IMG/VR virus record: IMGVR_UViG_3300038318_000178
Location: 1 to 35,093 of that record
DNA length: 35,093 nucleotides
Reading direction: 5' to 3' (one strand)
Origin: a virus
Taxonomy: Duplodnaviria; Caudoviricetes
Shown here one piece after another: positions 1-8,090 of this stretch. How positions within the stretch are numbered: position 1 is the first letter of the stretch; every line of letters starts with the position of its first letter. The translations under genes were made by a program, and so were the position numbers. Under the pieces are notes generated by a model that saw only the letters and a program-made list of their open reading frames with translations, was not told where the DNA came from and ran no database searches.

Positions 1-82
1 TGTACAATTTTACTCCGCAGGCGCGCGCATAACGGGTGTACATGGGAGGGGGTGGGGTAGGCCGAGAAAAGGGGGTGTTTTT

Positions 83-436
83 ATGGCAACAAGGCGGGAG
101 TTAACCAAAGAAGAAAAAATCAAGAAAGAAATATCCCGAATTAAGCGGGCTTTGAAGGACTTAGACAAAAATAAATTAACCGTTGTCGAACCCCTTATCA
201 AGACGGCGGCGTTTATGGCCGTTTCACTTCCGGAACTCGAAGCGACGATAAACGAAAACGGGTTTGTCGTTGAATACAAGAACGGCGAAAACCAATACGG
301 CACAAAACAATCGGACGAAGTAAAAACCTTGCTTGCAATGCAAAAAAACTTATGTACAGCTGTAAAAACGCTTGCGGACATCGCCCCGGCAACAAAGAAA
401 AAAGATAGCCGTTTGAAAGACATAATGGGCGAATAG
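83..436 (+). CDS. terS: Terminase small subunit (P27-like)
   Basis: 117 aa immediately upstream of terL, with INENGFVVEYKNGENQYG, typical of P27-like TerS. A G-rich RBS lies upstream. Confidence 0.85.
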   Translation: MATRRELTKEEKIKKEISRIKRALKDLDKNKLTVVEPLIKTAAFMAVSLPELEATINENGFVVEYKNGENQYGTKQSDEVKTLLAMQKNLCTAVKTLADIAPATKKKDSRLKDIMGE

Positions 437-438
437 AA

Positions 439-2121
439 ATGCCTTTCGCAAACTACATTTTCGAATACGCCGACGCTATAAAAACGGGGCGCGTTACCGT
501 CGGAAAATGGGTTAAGCTTGTTTATAAAATACTGATTTCGGGCTTAGAAAGCGGGCGTTGGTTCTTTGACGCGCGCAAGGCAAATAAAGCGATTAAATTT
601 ATCGAAAACTTTTGCCACCATTCAGAGGGGCGCAACGACCTTTTGAAACTGGAACTATGGCAAAAAGCCATTGTTTCCGCGATGTTCGGCATAATAGACG
701 ACACGGGATACAGGCAATTCCGCGAAGTATTTATCATAGTTGCCCGCAAAAATGGGAAGACGCTTTTTGCGGCGGCGATTATAGCATATATGACCTATCT
801 TGACGGCGAATACGGCGCGAAAGTTTATTGTCTTGCGCCGAAGCTTGAACAAGCGGACTTGGTATATGACGCCTTTTATCAAATCGTCAAAAGCGATGAT
901 GAATTGGGCGACGAAAGCCTTACAAAAAAACGGCGGTCGGACATATACATAGCAGAGCTAAATACAAGCGTTAGGCGGCTTGCGTTCAACTCCAAAAAAT
1001 CCGACGGGTTTAACCCGCACTTGGCTATATGCGATGAAATCGAAGCATGGCCGGGCGACGCCGGACTAAAGCAATACGAAGTTATGAAATCCGCACTTGG
1101 AGCGCGTCGGCAGCCGATTATATTAAGCATATCGACCGCCGGATATATCAACGACGGAATCTACGACGAACTCATGAAACGCGCTACGGCGTTCTTGAAA
1201 GGAAACAGCGAAGAAGCCCGGTTACTTCCGTTTCTTTACACGATTGACGATGTAGAACGTTGGGACGATTTAGAGGAATTAAAGAAGGCAAATCCGAATT
1301 TAGGCGTTTCCGTTTCAGAGGATTTTTACATAGAAGAAATCAAAATAGCCCGCATTTCCCTATCAAAAAAGGCCGAATTTCTATGTAAATACTGCAATAT
1401 TAAGCAAAATTCATCGGTTGCATGGCTTGACCATCAAGACGTAGAAGAAATATCAGGGGGAAAAATCAAGCTTGAAGATTTCGCCGGGTGCTATTGTGTC
1501 GGTGGTATCGACCTTTCGCAGACAACAGACCTTACGGCGGCTTCGGTGGTTATCGAGCGGGACGAAAAGCTATATGTTTTTACACAATTTTTCATGCCCC
1601 GCGACGGGTTCGAAAAGGCTTGCGAAAACGAAACGGACACAAAGTACGAAATACACCACAAGAGCGGATACATTACGCTTTCAGGGGAACACTTCGTCGA
1701 TTACAACGATGTTTTTAACTGGTTTATGACACTTCTAAAGAAGTACAAAATACGCCCCCTTAAAATCGGCTATGACCGTTATTCGGTGCAATATCTTGTA
1801 CAGGACTTAGAAAGAGCGGGATTCCATACGGACGATGTATTTCAGGGGACTAACTTATCGCCGATATTAAAAGAATTCGAAGGCACAATCAAGGACAAAA
1901 AAGTTGAAATCGGCGATAACGAACTATTAAAGGCGCACTTCTTGAATGTTGCCGTTCAGATAAACAGCGGTGACGGACGAATGAAACCCGTAAAGATAGA
2001 ACCACGCTTGCATATTGACGGCTTTGTTTCCGTCATAGACGCGCTTACCATGCGAAGCAAATACCATTCCAAAATAGGACAACGCCTTAAAAACAAACAG
2101 AAAGAGGGGGTGAAAAATTGA
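439..2121 (+). CDS. terL: Terminase large subunit
   Basis: Walker A ARKNGKT, Walker B ICDE, nuclease motifs GGIDLSQTTDLTA and IDG..IDA. Confidence 0.97.
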   Translation: MPFANYIFEYADAIKTGRVTVGKWVKLVYKILISGLESGRWFFDARKANKAIKFIENFCHHSEGRNDLLKLELWQKAIVSAMFGIIDDTGYRQFREVFIIVARKNGKTLFAAAIIAYMTYLDGEYGAKVYCLAPKLEQADLVYDAFYQIVKSDDELGDESLTKKRRSDIYIAELNTSVRRLAFNSKKSDGFNPHLAICDEIEAWPGDAGLKQYEVMKSALGARRQPIILSISTAGYINDGIYDELMKRATAFLKGNSEEARLLPFLYTIDDVERWDDLEELKKANPNLGVSVSEDFYIEEIKIARISLSKKAEFLCKYCNIKQNSSVAWLDHQDVEEISGGKIKLEDFAGCYCVGGIDLSQTTDLTAASVVIERDEKLYVFTQFFMPRDGFEKACENETDTKYEIHHKSGYITLSGEHFVDYNDVFNWFMTLLKKYKIRPLKIGYDRYSVQYLVQDLERAGFHTDDVFQGTNLSPILKEFEGTIKDKKVEIGDNELLKAHFLNVAVQINSGDGRMKPVKIEPRLHIDGFVSVIDALTMRSKYHSKIGQRLKNKQKEGVKN

Positions 2122-3374
2122 ATTTCCTATCAAGATTTATAACACGCTTCAAACGAAGTATGCACATTATATTCGGTCGAAGCGAAGTCGCCCCGTCCGG
2201 ATCGCTACGTGAAAACGAAATCGTCGGAGCGGTGGCAAACGCTATCGCTTCGAATGTCGGGAAACTTGCGCCGCAAGTGGTACGCAAAGACGCCCGCGGC
2301 ACAACACTAAAAAACGACCGTCTTTCCCGACTTTTAAATATAAGGCCATGTCCGGAAGCGTCTACATATGACTTTCTTTACAAGATGGGTTCAGACCTTG
2401 TATACACTTCAAACGCTTTCGCCGTATTGTTCTACAATGACGATTTCACGCAACTTTTACGAATACAGCCGATAACGGTTCGGACGCACAAAATATTCGA
2501 GGACGAAGACGAAAATGTGTTTTTCCGCTTTAAGTGGGATTATGACGGCGTGGAATATACCATACCATATCAATTCGTTATCCACATCAAGGCAAGGTAC
2601 AACAAAAAACGGTTTCTTGGAACGCCGCCGGAAAACGATTTGCAGAACTCGACGGAGCTTTTAGACACCACATACAACGGCATTAAAAATGTTATAAAAA
2701 ATTCCGCTTCCCTCCGGGGCTATCTGAAATATAACAACTTTATCGACGACGACGAACTAAAAGAAAAAGTTAAGGAATTCAAAGAAGCCTATATGTCGGC
2801 AGAAAACGAAGGCGGCATTGCCGGGCTTGACAATGAACTTGATTTCAAGGAAATCACACAGCAGCCCCGGCAAATCCCTATTACGCAAGTAACCTTCTTC
2901 CGGGAAAATATTTACCGATATTATGGCGTCAATGAAAAAATATTGAATTCCACATATTCCGAAACGGAATGGAACAGTTTTTACGAAGCCGTTATTGAAC
3001 CTATCGCGATACAATTATCGCTTGAATTTACATTCAAAGTATTTACCGAGCGGGAACGGGGCTTCGGAAATAAAGTCGTTTTTGTTACAAATCGCTTGCA
3101 ATATGCGACATTACAAACACGGTCAACGATTGGAAAAGATTTGTTTGACCGCGGCATTATGACGATAAACGAATATCGCGAATTGATGTATATGCCGCAA
3201 ATCGAGGACGGCGACGTACGCATGATTTCCCTTAACTATGTAAAAGTAGACGACCAAAGCTTATACCAGACAGGCAGAGAGGGCGACGACGAAGGCGGGA
3301 ACGACCCTCCGGAAGACGACCCGACGGCCAGAATGACGACAAGCTATATCAAAACAAAACTTCGGAGGGGGTGA
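2118..3374 (+). CDS. Portal protein (HK97 family)
   Basis: Follows terL, 418 aa, C-terminal GIMTINEYRE motif. Confidence 0.93.
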   Translation: MNFLSRFITRFKRSMHIIFGRSEVAPSGSLRENEIVGAVANAIASNVGKLAPQVVRKDARGTTLKNDRLSRLLNIRPCPEASTYDFLYKMGSDLVYTSNAFAVLFYNDDFTQLLRIQPITVRTHKIFEDEDENVFFRFKWDYDGVEYTIPYQFVIHIKARYNKKRFLGTPPENDLQNSTELLDTTYNGIKNVIKNSASLRGYLKYNNFIDDDELKEKVKEFKEAYMSAENEGGIAGLDNELDFKEITQQPRQIPITQVTFFRENIYRYYGVNEKILNSTYSETEWNSFYEAVIEPIAIQLSLEFTFKVFTERERGFGNKVVFVTNRLQYATLQTRSTIGKDLFDRGIMTINEYRELMYMPQIEDGDVRMISLNYVKVDDQSLYQTGREGDDEGGNDPPEDDPTARMTTSYIKTKLRRG

Positions 3375-3378
3375 GAAA

Positions 3379-4137
3379 ATGAGGATTTTTAACAGTATTA
3401 ACAAGCAGCGACCGAAAGATAACTTGAAAGAGCTTTTAACCGTGAAAAACGAAACGCTAACAAGCGCAGATTTATATTTTTACGGTGATATCGTTTCGGA
3501 TTGGTGGGGGGCATGGACGGACGCCGACCAATACCCGGAAGCGATACGGGATTTCCTGAAAGAGCAGGAAGGGAAAAACCTTAATATCTACATCAACAGC
3601 GGCGGCGGGTCGGTGTTCGCCGGGATTGCAATATACAATATGTTACAACGCCACAAAGGCTTGAAAACCGTTTATGTTGACGGCATGGCGGCGTCCATCG
3701 CTTCGGTAATCGCCCTTGCAGGGGACAAAATCATCGTCCCGTCAAACGCTTTCTTGATGGTTCATAAGCCGTGGGCCTTGTGCGCTGGGAACGCCCACGA
3801 TTGCCGGAAAATGGCCGACGACTTGGACGCTATCGAAACCGGAATTATAAACGTCTACAAAGACCATCTCGCCGAAGGTGCGGACATCGCCGACATTCAA
3901 AAAATGGTTAATGAAGAAACATGGCTAAACGGCGAAGAAGCGGCAAAATATTTCGACATCGAGTTATCCGAGCCGAAAGAATATGCCGCAAAAGTTACCG
4001 ACTTTATATCTGCAAACTGGCAAAACACCCCCGAACCGATTATCAAATCCGCGAAAGCGGTTGATAATAAAGCTTTTGCGAATGTGAAGGCAAAAATAAC
4101 ACGCCTTGCAATAAAGGCAACCTTGAAAGGAGTTTAA
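3379..4137 (+). CDS. ClpP-like prohead maturation protease
   Basis: YINSGGGSVFAG, GMAASIASVI (catalytic Ser), MVHKP (His), ETWLNGEEA. Confidence 0.95.
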   Translation: MRIFNSINKQRPKDNLKELLTVKNETLTSADLYFYGDIVSDWWGAWTDADQYPEAIRDFLKEQEGKNLNIYINSGGGSVFAGIAIYNMLQRHKGLKTVYVDGMAASIASVIALAGDKIIVPSNAFLMVHKPWALCAGNAHDCRKMADDLDAIETGIINVYKDHLAEGADIADIQKMVNEETWLNGEEAAKYFDIELSEPKEYAAKVTDFISANWQNTPEPIIKSAKAVDNKAFANVKAKITRLAIKATLKGV

Positions 4138-4141
4138 CAAA

Positions 4142-5611
4142 ATGACAATCAAAGAAATGAAAGCCCGCTTGCGCGCTATCAACGCCGAAGCGGCAAAAGT
4201 GAAAGAGGGCGACATCGAAGCCCTTAACAAGTTGCTTGATGAAGCAAGCGACATCGAAGCAAAAATCGACGAAGCGAACAACCGCGCCCGGCTTCAAAAG
4301 CTTGCGGACGGTGCGCACGACGACCCCGCCGCCCTTGCAGGGGCCGGCGAAGGTGGAGAAGACCCGGAGGACAGCGCAACGAAGCGCGGAAAGGCACTTA
4401 TGGCCGGCGGCAAAGTAAAAAGAAAACTTGCCGTTCAAAACACCATCACTTCATCGTCTACCGTGCTTACACAGCACACCGCGCAAGATGTGAAGCCAAC
4501 CTTTAACGAGGTATCAAGCCTTGTTGACCGCGTTAAAGCTATCCCGCTTCCCGGCGGCGAAAGCTACAAGCGCGGATTTGTCAAAGGGTATGGGATTGGC
4601 GGCTATACCGCCGAAGGCGAAAACTACAACGAAGCCGAACCGACTTTCGGGTATGCGGAAATGGCAAAAACCAAAATTACAGCATATTGCGAAGAACCGG
4701 AAGAAATCGCGAAGCTTGCGCCCTCTGATTACGATAGCGTTATCGGCAATTCGTCCGAAATCGCTGTGCGTAAATATCTTTCCCGACAAATCCTTGTCGG
4801 CGAAGGCGGTGCGGGGAAGCTTTACGGTATCTTCTACAATCCCACAAATGCGGCGGACGACATTATCGACCGCGACACGGATATTTCCATAACCGAAATT
4901 GACGAAACCACGCTTGACGAAATCATGTACGCATACGGCGGCGACGAAGACGTGGAAGACGTGGCCGTGCTTGTATTGAACAAAGCGGACTTGAAGGCAT
5001 TTGCGACTTGCCGACTTGAAGACGGTAGGAAAGCATATACCGTCGTTAACCGTGGCAACACCGGAACAATTGACGGCGTGCCGTACATCATCAATTCGGC
5101 TTGCAAGGCAATTTCGGCCGCTACAACCGCCAACGGAAATTACTGCATGGCATACGGCCCGTTGTCGAATTACGAAATGCCCGTATTTTCGGACATGGAC
5201 ATTCAGCGTTCGAACGAATACAAATTCAAGCAAGGCCAAATCGCACACCGCGCCGATATTTTTGTCGGTGGTAACGTGGCAGCGCATAACGGCTTCCTTC
5301 GCGTAAAAAAAAAAGATAGCGTAACGGGTGAAGGTGAATTAACCGTAACTTCAACTGCTTCCGAAACAACGACGGGTAATACCGTAATTTCAATAGTGGA
5401 AGCATTAGGGAGCGGCAACAGTTACAAATACAAAACAGCGGCAAGCCCGATAATACCGTCCGTCGGTGATGTTTGTTCCTCTGGCTATACCAATTGGAAC
5501 GGTTCGGACGAAATCGCCGCAGAGAGCGGAAAAACAATCGTCGTTGTCGAGGTAGACGCCGAAAACAAGGCGGTCGCAATCGGAACAGCTATTGTCGTAT
5601 CGAAGGAGTAA
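4142..5611 (+). CDS. Major capsid protein (HK97 fold) with ~100-aa C-terminal Ig-like extension
   Basis: N-terminal coiled-coil delta domain. The core ends ...AAHNGFLRVKKK, followed by a beta-rich Thr/Ser extension. Confidence 0.92.
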   Translation: MTIKEMKARLRAINAEAAKVKEGDIEALNKLLDEASDIEAKIDEANNRARLQKLADGAHDDPAALAGAGEGGEDPEDSATKRGKALMAGGKVKRKLAVQNTITSSSTVLTQHTAQDVKPTFNEVSSLVDRVKAIPLPGGESYKRGFVKGYGIGGYTAEGENYNEAEPTFGYAEMAKTKITAYCEEPEEIAKLAPSDYDSVIGNSSEIAVRKYLSRQILVGEGGAGKLYGIFYNPTNAADDIIDRDTDISITEIDETTLDEIMYAYGGDEDVEDVAVLVLNKADLKAFATCRLEDGRKAYTVVNRGNTGTIDGVPYIINSACKAISAATTANGNYCMAYGPLSNYEMPVFSDMDIQRSNEYKFKQGQIAHRADIFVGGNVAAHNGFLRVKKKDSVTGEGELTVTSTASETTTGNTVISIVEALGSGNSYKYKTAASPIIPSVGDVCSSGYTNWNGSDEIAAESGKTIVVVEVDAENKAVAIGTAIVVSKE

Positions 5612-5628
5612 ACGGGAGGGTATGCGAT

Positions 5629-5916
5629 ATGGTAACACAAGAACTTCTTAACGCCGCAAAAATACGCGTCAGGAAGACCACAAGCAACATACTTGACGAG
5701 GACATACGGCAGCTTGCGGAAGTCGCCATACGCGACCTTGAACGTATCGGTGTAGCCGACTTTTACTTGTCGGCTTGCACCGACCCGTTAATCCGGGAAG
5801 CGATAATCACTTTCGTAAACGCAAACTACGGGGCGAACCCGGACAAAGAAAAGCTAATGAGTGCCTACGATATGTACCTTATCAAGATAAAAGGGGGCGG
5901 CTACCGTGTGCGATGA
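5629..5916 (+). CDS. Head-tail connector (gp6/gp15-like)
   Basis: Start reassigned to ATG 5629 behind GGGAGGG. Sequence LNAAKIRVR...DEDI..L...A..DL and position after the capsid gene fit. Confidence 0.8.
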   Translation: MVTQELLNAAKIRVRKTTSNILDEDIRQLAEVAIRDLERIGVADFYLSACTDPLIREAIITFVNANYGANPDKEKLMSAYDMYLIKIKGGGYRVR

Positions 5917-6178
5917 TATTATAACGCTTGTTTGGCAAACAGAGGACGGAGAGGAAAAAACCGAAGTTATGGCTTCGGTCGAAAGCGTTAGTCAATCCGA
6001 ATTTTTCGCCGCCGCGCAAACAGGGTTCAAGGCACAATATAAAGTATCGTTTTGGGAAAACGACTACGACGGACAACCCCTTGTCGAAGTCGGGAACGGC
6101 CGATACACCGTCTACCGTACATATTCGCGCAACGACCAAAAAATCGAATTGTATTTGACGGACAAAGCCGGGGTGTAA
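5906..6178 (+). CDS. Head closure/stopper protein
   Basis: SVSQSEFFAAAQTGFK and YTVYRTY motifs; position in the neck module. Confidence 0.8.
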   Translation: MCDDIITLVWQTEDGEEKTEVMASVESVSQSEFFAAAQTGFKAQYKVSFWENDYDGQPLVEVGNGRYTVYRTYSRNDQKIELYLTDKAGV

Positions 6179-6180
6179 CC

Positions 6181-6573
6181 ATGGCAAACGCTATCGACAT
6201 TGGCGACTTTGCAAAAACACTTGCCGCCGAATTAAACAAATATACCGAAGATATCGCCGAAGGTGTAAAACAAGCAACCGACGAAACAGCGCAAGAACTT
6301 TTGAAGAACACAAAAGCCGACGCCCCGGTCAGAAAAAGAAGGTATCAAAAAGCGATTTCGATTAAAACGGTATTTGAAAACGACCTTGAAAAGCGGGTTC
6401 GGTGGTATGTGAAAGCCCCGCATTATAGGTTATCACATTTACTTGAAAAAGGACACGCAACGCGAAACGGCGGTCGCGCCGCCGCCTATCCCCACATTGC
6501 GAAAAACGAAGAAACCGCAAAAACAAAATTTGTCGAGCGGGTCGAAAGGGTGGTAAAGAATGGCGGTAAATAA
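6181..6573 (+). CDS. HK97 gp10-like neck/tail protein
   Basis: Start reassigned to ATG 6181. HYRLSHLLEKGHA..NGGR...PHI motif. Confidence 0.8.
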   Translation: MANAIDIGDFAKTLAAELNKYTEDIAEGVKQATDETAQELLKNTKADAPVRKRRYQKAISIKTVFENDLEKRVRWYVKAPHYRLSHLLEKGHATRNGGRAAAYPHIAKNEETAKTKFVERVERVVKNGGK

Positions 6574-6901
6574 AGAAATCGAAGATATGCTTTCCCCGGT
6601 CGGGCTTCCTCTTGCCTACCGCCAATTCAAGCCATACAAAAATAAACCCGTTCCGAAGCCGCCTTACCTGATATACATAATCGAACGTGAAAAAGGTAGC
6701 GGCGCAGACGGAAAAAACCTTGTAAAAGAAAGAACCGTAACGATAGAGCTTTACAGCGACCGAAAAAGTACGGAACTTGAAGACAAGGTGGAAGCTGCCA
6801 TATCTGCTTTTGAATTCGACAAATACGAAGACTACATCGAGGGCGAAAGTTTGTACATGGTGTCATACGAAATTATTATCTATCAAAAAATTAGGAGGTA
6901 G
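6560..6901 (+). CDS. Tail terminator/completion protein
   Basis: PPYLIY...ADG...IELYSDRK; lies directly before the major tail gene. Confidence 0.75.
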   Translation: MAVNKEIEDMLSPVGLPLAYRQFKPYKNKPVPKPPYLIYIIEREKGSGADGKNLVKERTVTIELYSDRKSTELEDKVEAAISAFEFDKYEDYIEGESLYMVSYEIIIYQKIRR

Positions 6902-6906
6902 AAAAA

Positions 6907-7473
6907 ATGGAAAATAAGAACAATGTCGAAAGTATTGTGCTTGGCAGCGGAAAGCTTTACTTCGATGAATTCACCGGGGCGATTCCGGAAAACGCCACAA
7001 TCGAAACCGACGCTAAACTTCTTGGACTTATTCAAGGGGGCGCAACGATAGAATACAAGCCCGAATACTACAACGCCGAAGACGATTTCGGCTTAGTGCA
7101 AAAAACCGTTGTCACGAAAGAGGAAGCGACATTAAAATCGGGCATTTGCACTTGGAACGGGAACACATTGAAGACAATGTGTTCGACCGCACGGGTCACA
7201 GAAACAGCCGAAAAGCGTACCGTTAAAATCGGCGGGAGCGGCAAGGACGACGGGAAACTTTATGTCTTGCGCTTTGTGCATAAAGACGCAAAAGACGGCG
7301 ACGTGCGCTTAACCATCGTTGGAAAAAATCAATCGGGATTTTCTCTTGCGTTTTTGAAAGACAAGGAAACCGTCATTGACGCAGAATTCAAAGCCGCCCC
7401 GCACGACACCGACGGAACGCTTATCATCTACGAAGAAACAATTCCACAGGAAGAACCCCCATTAGAGGGGTAG
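6907..7473 (+). CDS. Major tail (tube) protein
   Basis: 188 aa with IVLGSGKLY and LGLIQGGATIEYKP; strong AGGAGG RBS; position. Confidence 0.85.
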   Translation: MENKNNVESIVLGSGKLYFDEFTGAIPENATIETDAKLLGLIQGGATIEYKPEYYNAEDDFGLVQKTVVTKEEATLKSGICTWNGNTLKTMCSTARVTETAEKRTVKIGGSGKDDGKLYVLRFVHKDAKDGDVRLTIVGKNQSGFSLAFLKDKETVIDAEFKAAPHDTDGTLIIYEETIPQEEPPLEG

Positions 7474-7485
7474 GAGGTAAAAACA

Positions 7486-7803
7486 ATGCTTGACTATACA
7501 CAACGCGAAAAAAAGTTTTTACCCGTTAAGCTGATTGACGGCGAAACACTTTTCCTTTGCCCGCCCAAAAAGGGGCTTTATACGAAGCTTGTTTCTCTCG
7601 AAGAAAAACTTAACGCTACCGAAGAAGTCAGCGAATTATACGACGAAGTAACAAATCTAACCGCCGCCATTCTTTCGGACAATAAAGCGAAAACGGCCAT
7701 CACGCCGGAAAGGGTTGACGAAATTATGGATATCGAGGATATGGCTTACCTTATCTTTGAATATTCAAAATTTGCGCAACAACTCATAAAAAACCCAAAC
7801 TAA
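7486..7803 (+). CDS. Tail assembly chaperone (G)
   Basis: Lies between the tube and tape-measure genes and ends at a slippery sequence (KNPN*). Confidence 0.85.
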   Translation: MLDYTQREKKFLPVKLIDGETLFLCPPKKGLYTKLVSLEEKLNATEEVSELYDEVTNLTAAILSDNKAKTAITPERVDEIMDIEDMAYLIFEYSKFAQQLIKNPN

Positions 7804-7840
7804 AAATACCACATTACCCACAGTCCGGCGGGGATGTGGT
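7788..7840 (+). other. Programmed -1 ribosomal frameshift signal (G to GT)
   Basis: Tandem in-frame heptamers A-AAA-AAC (7788-7794) and C-CCA-AAC (7794-7800), a 7-nt spacer, then stem ACCACAT (7808-7814)/ATGTGGT (7834-7840). The -1 frame is open into the 7836-8090 ORF. Confidence 0.85.
7809..7833 (+). repeat. 25-bp exact direct repeat, copy 1 (CCACATTACCCACAGTCCGGCGGGG)
   Basis: Identical to 24080-24104. Confidence 0.9.
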
Positions 7841-8090
7841 TTTAAGCTACGATGTGTACACTTATCCGGAAAAACTGGTAGCGGACTACGCGCGAATTAA
7901 CTTTTTAGAAGTTGAGGAACTGCCGATAGACGTTTACTTGTTGTATATGCGCGACGCTTTTATTTACAACAACAGCAAAACAAAAGAGGGTCGCGAATAT
8001 CTCGAAAAGTGTTGGCGATTGGAGCAGACGAAGCCGGACAAACAAGCCTTACGGCAAAAATTCAGGAAGGAGGGGTCAAACAATGTCTAA
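7836..8090 (+). CDS. Tail assembly chaperone T part (C-terminus of the GT fusion)
   Basis: In the -1 frame relative to 7486-7803, continuous from 7800 (LKIPHYPQSGGDVVL...). Confidence 0.8.
   Translation: MVLSYDVYTYPEKLVADYARINFLEVEELPIDVYLLYMRDAFIYNNSKTKEGREYLEKCWRLEQTKPDKQALRQKFRKEGSNNV

Noticed and set aside
4514-5287. Long antisense ORFs (this one, 9651-10334, 29556-30137 and similar)
   Set aside because: They shadow well-supported genes on the other strand and have no RBS or motifs.
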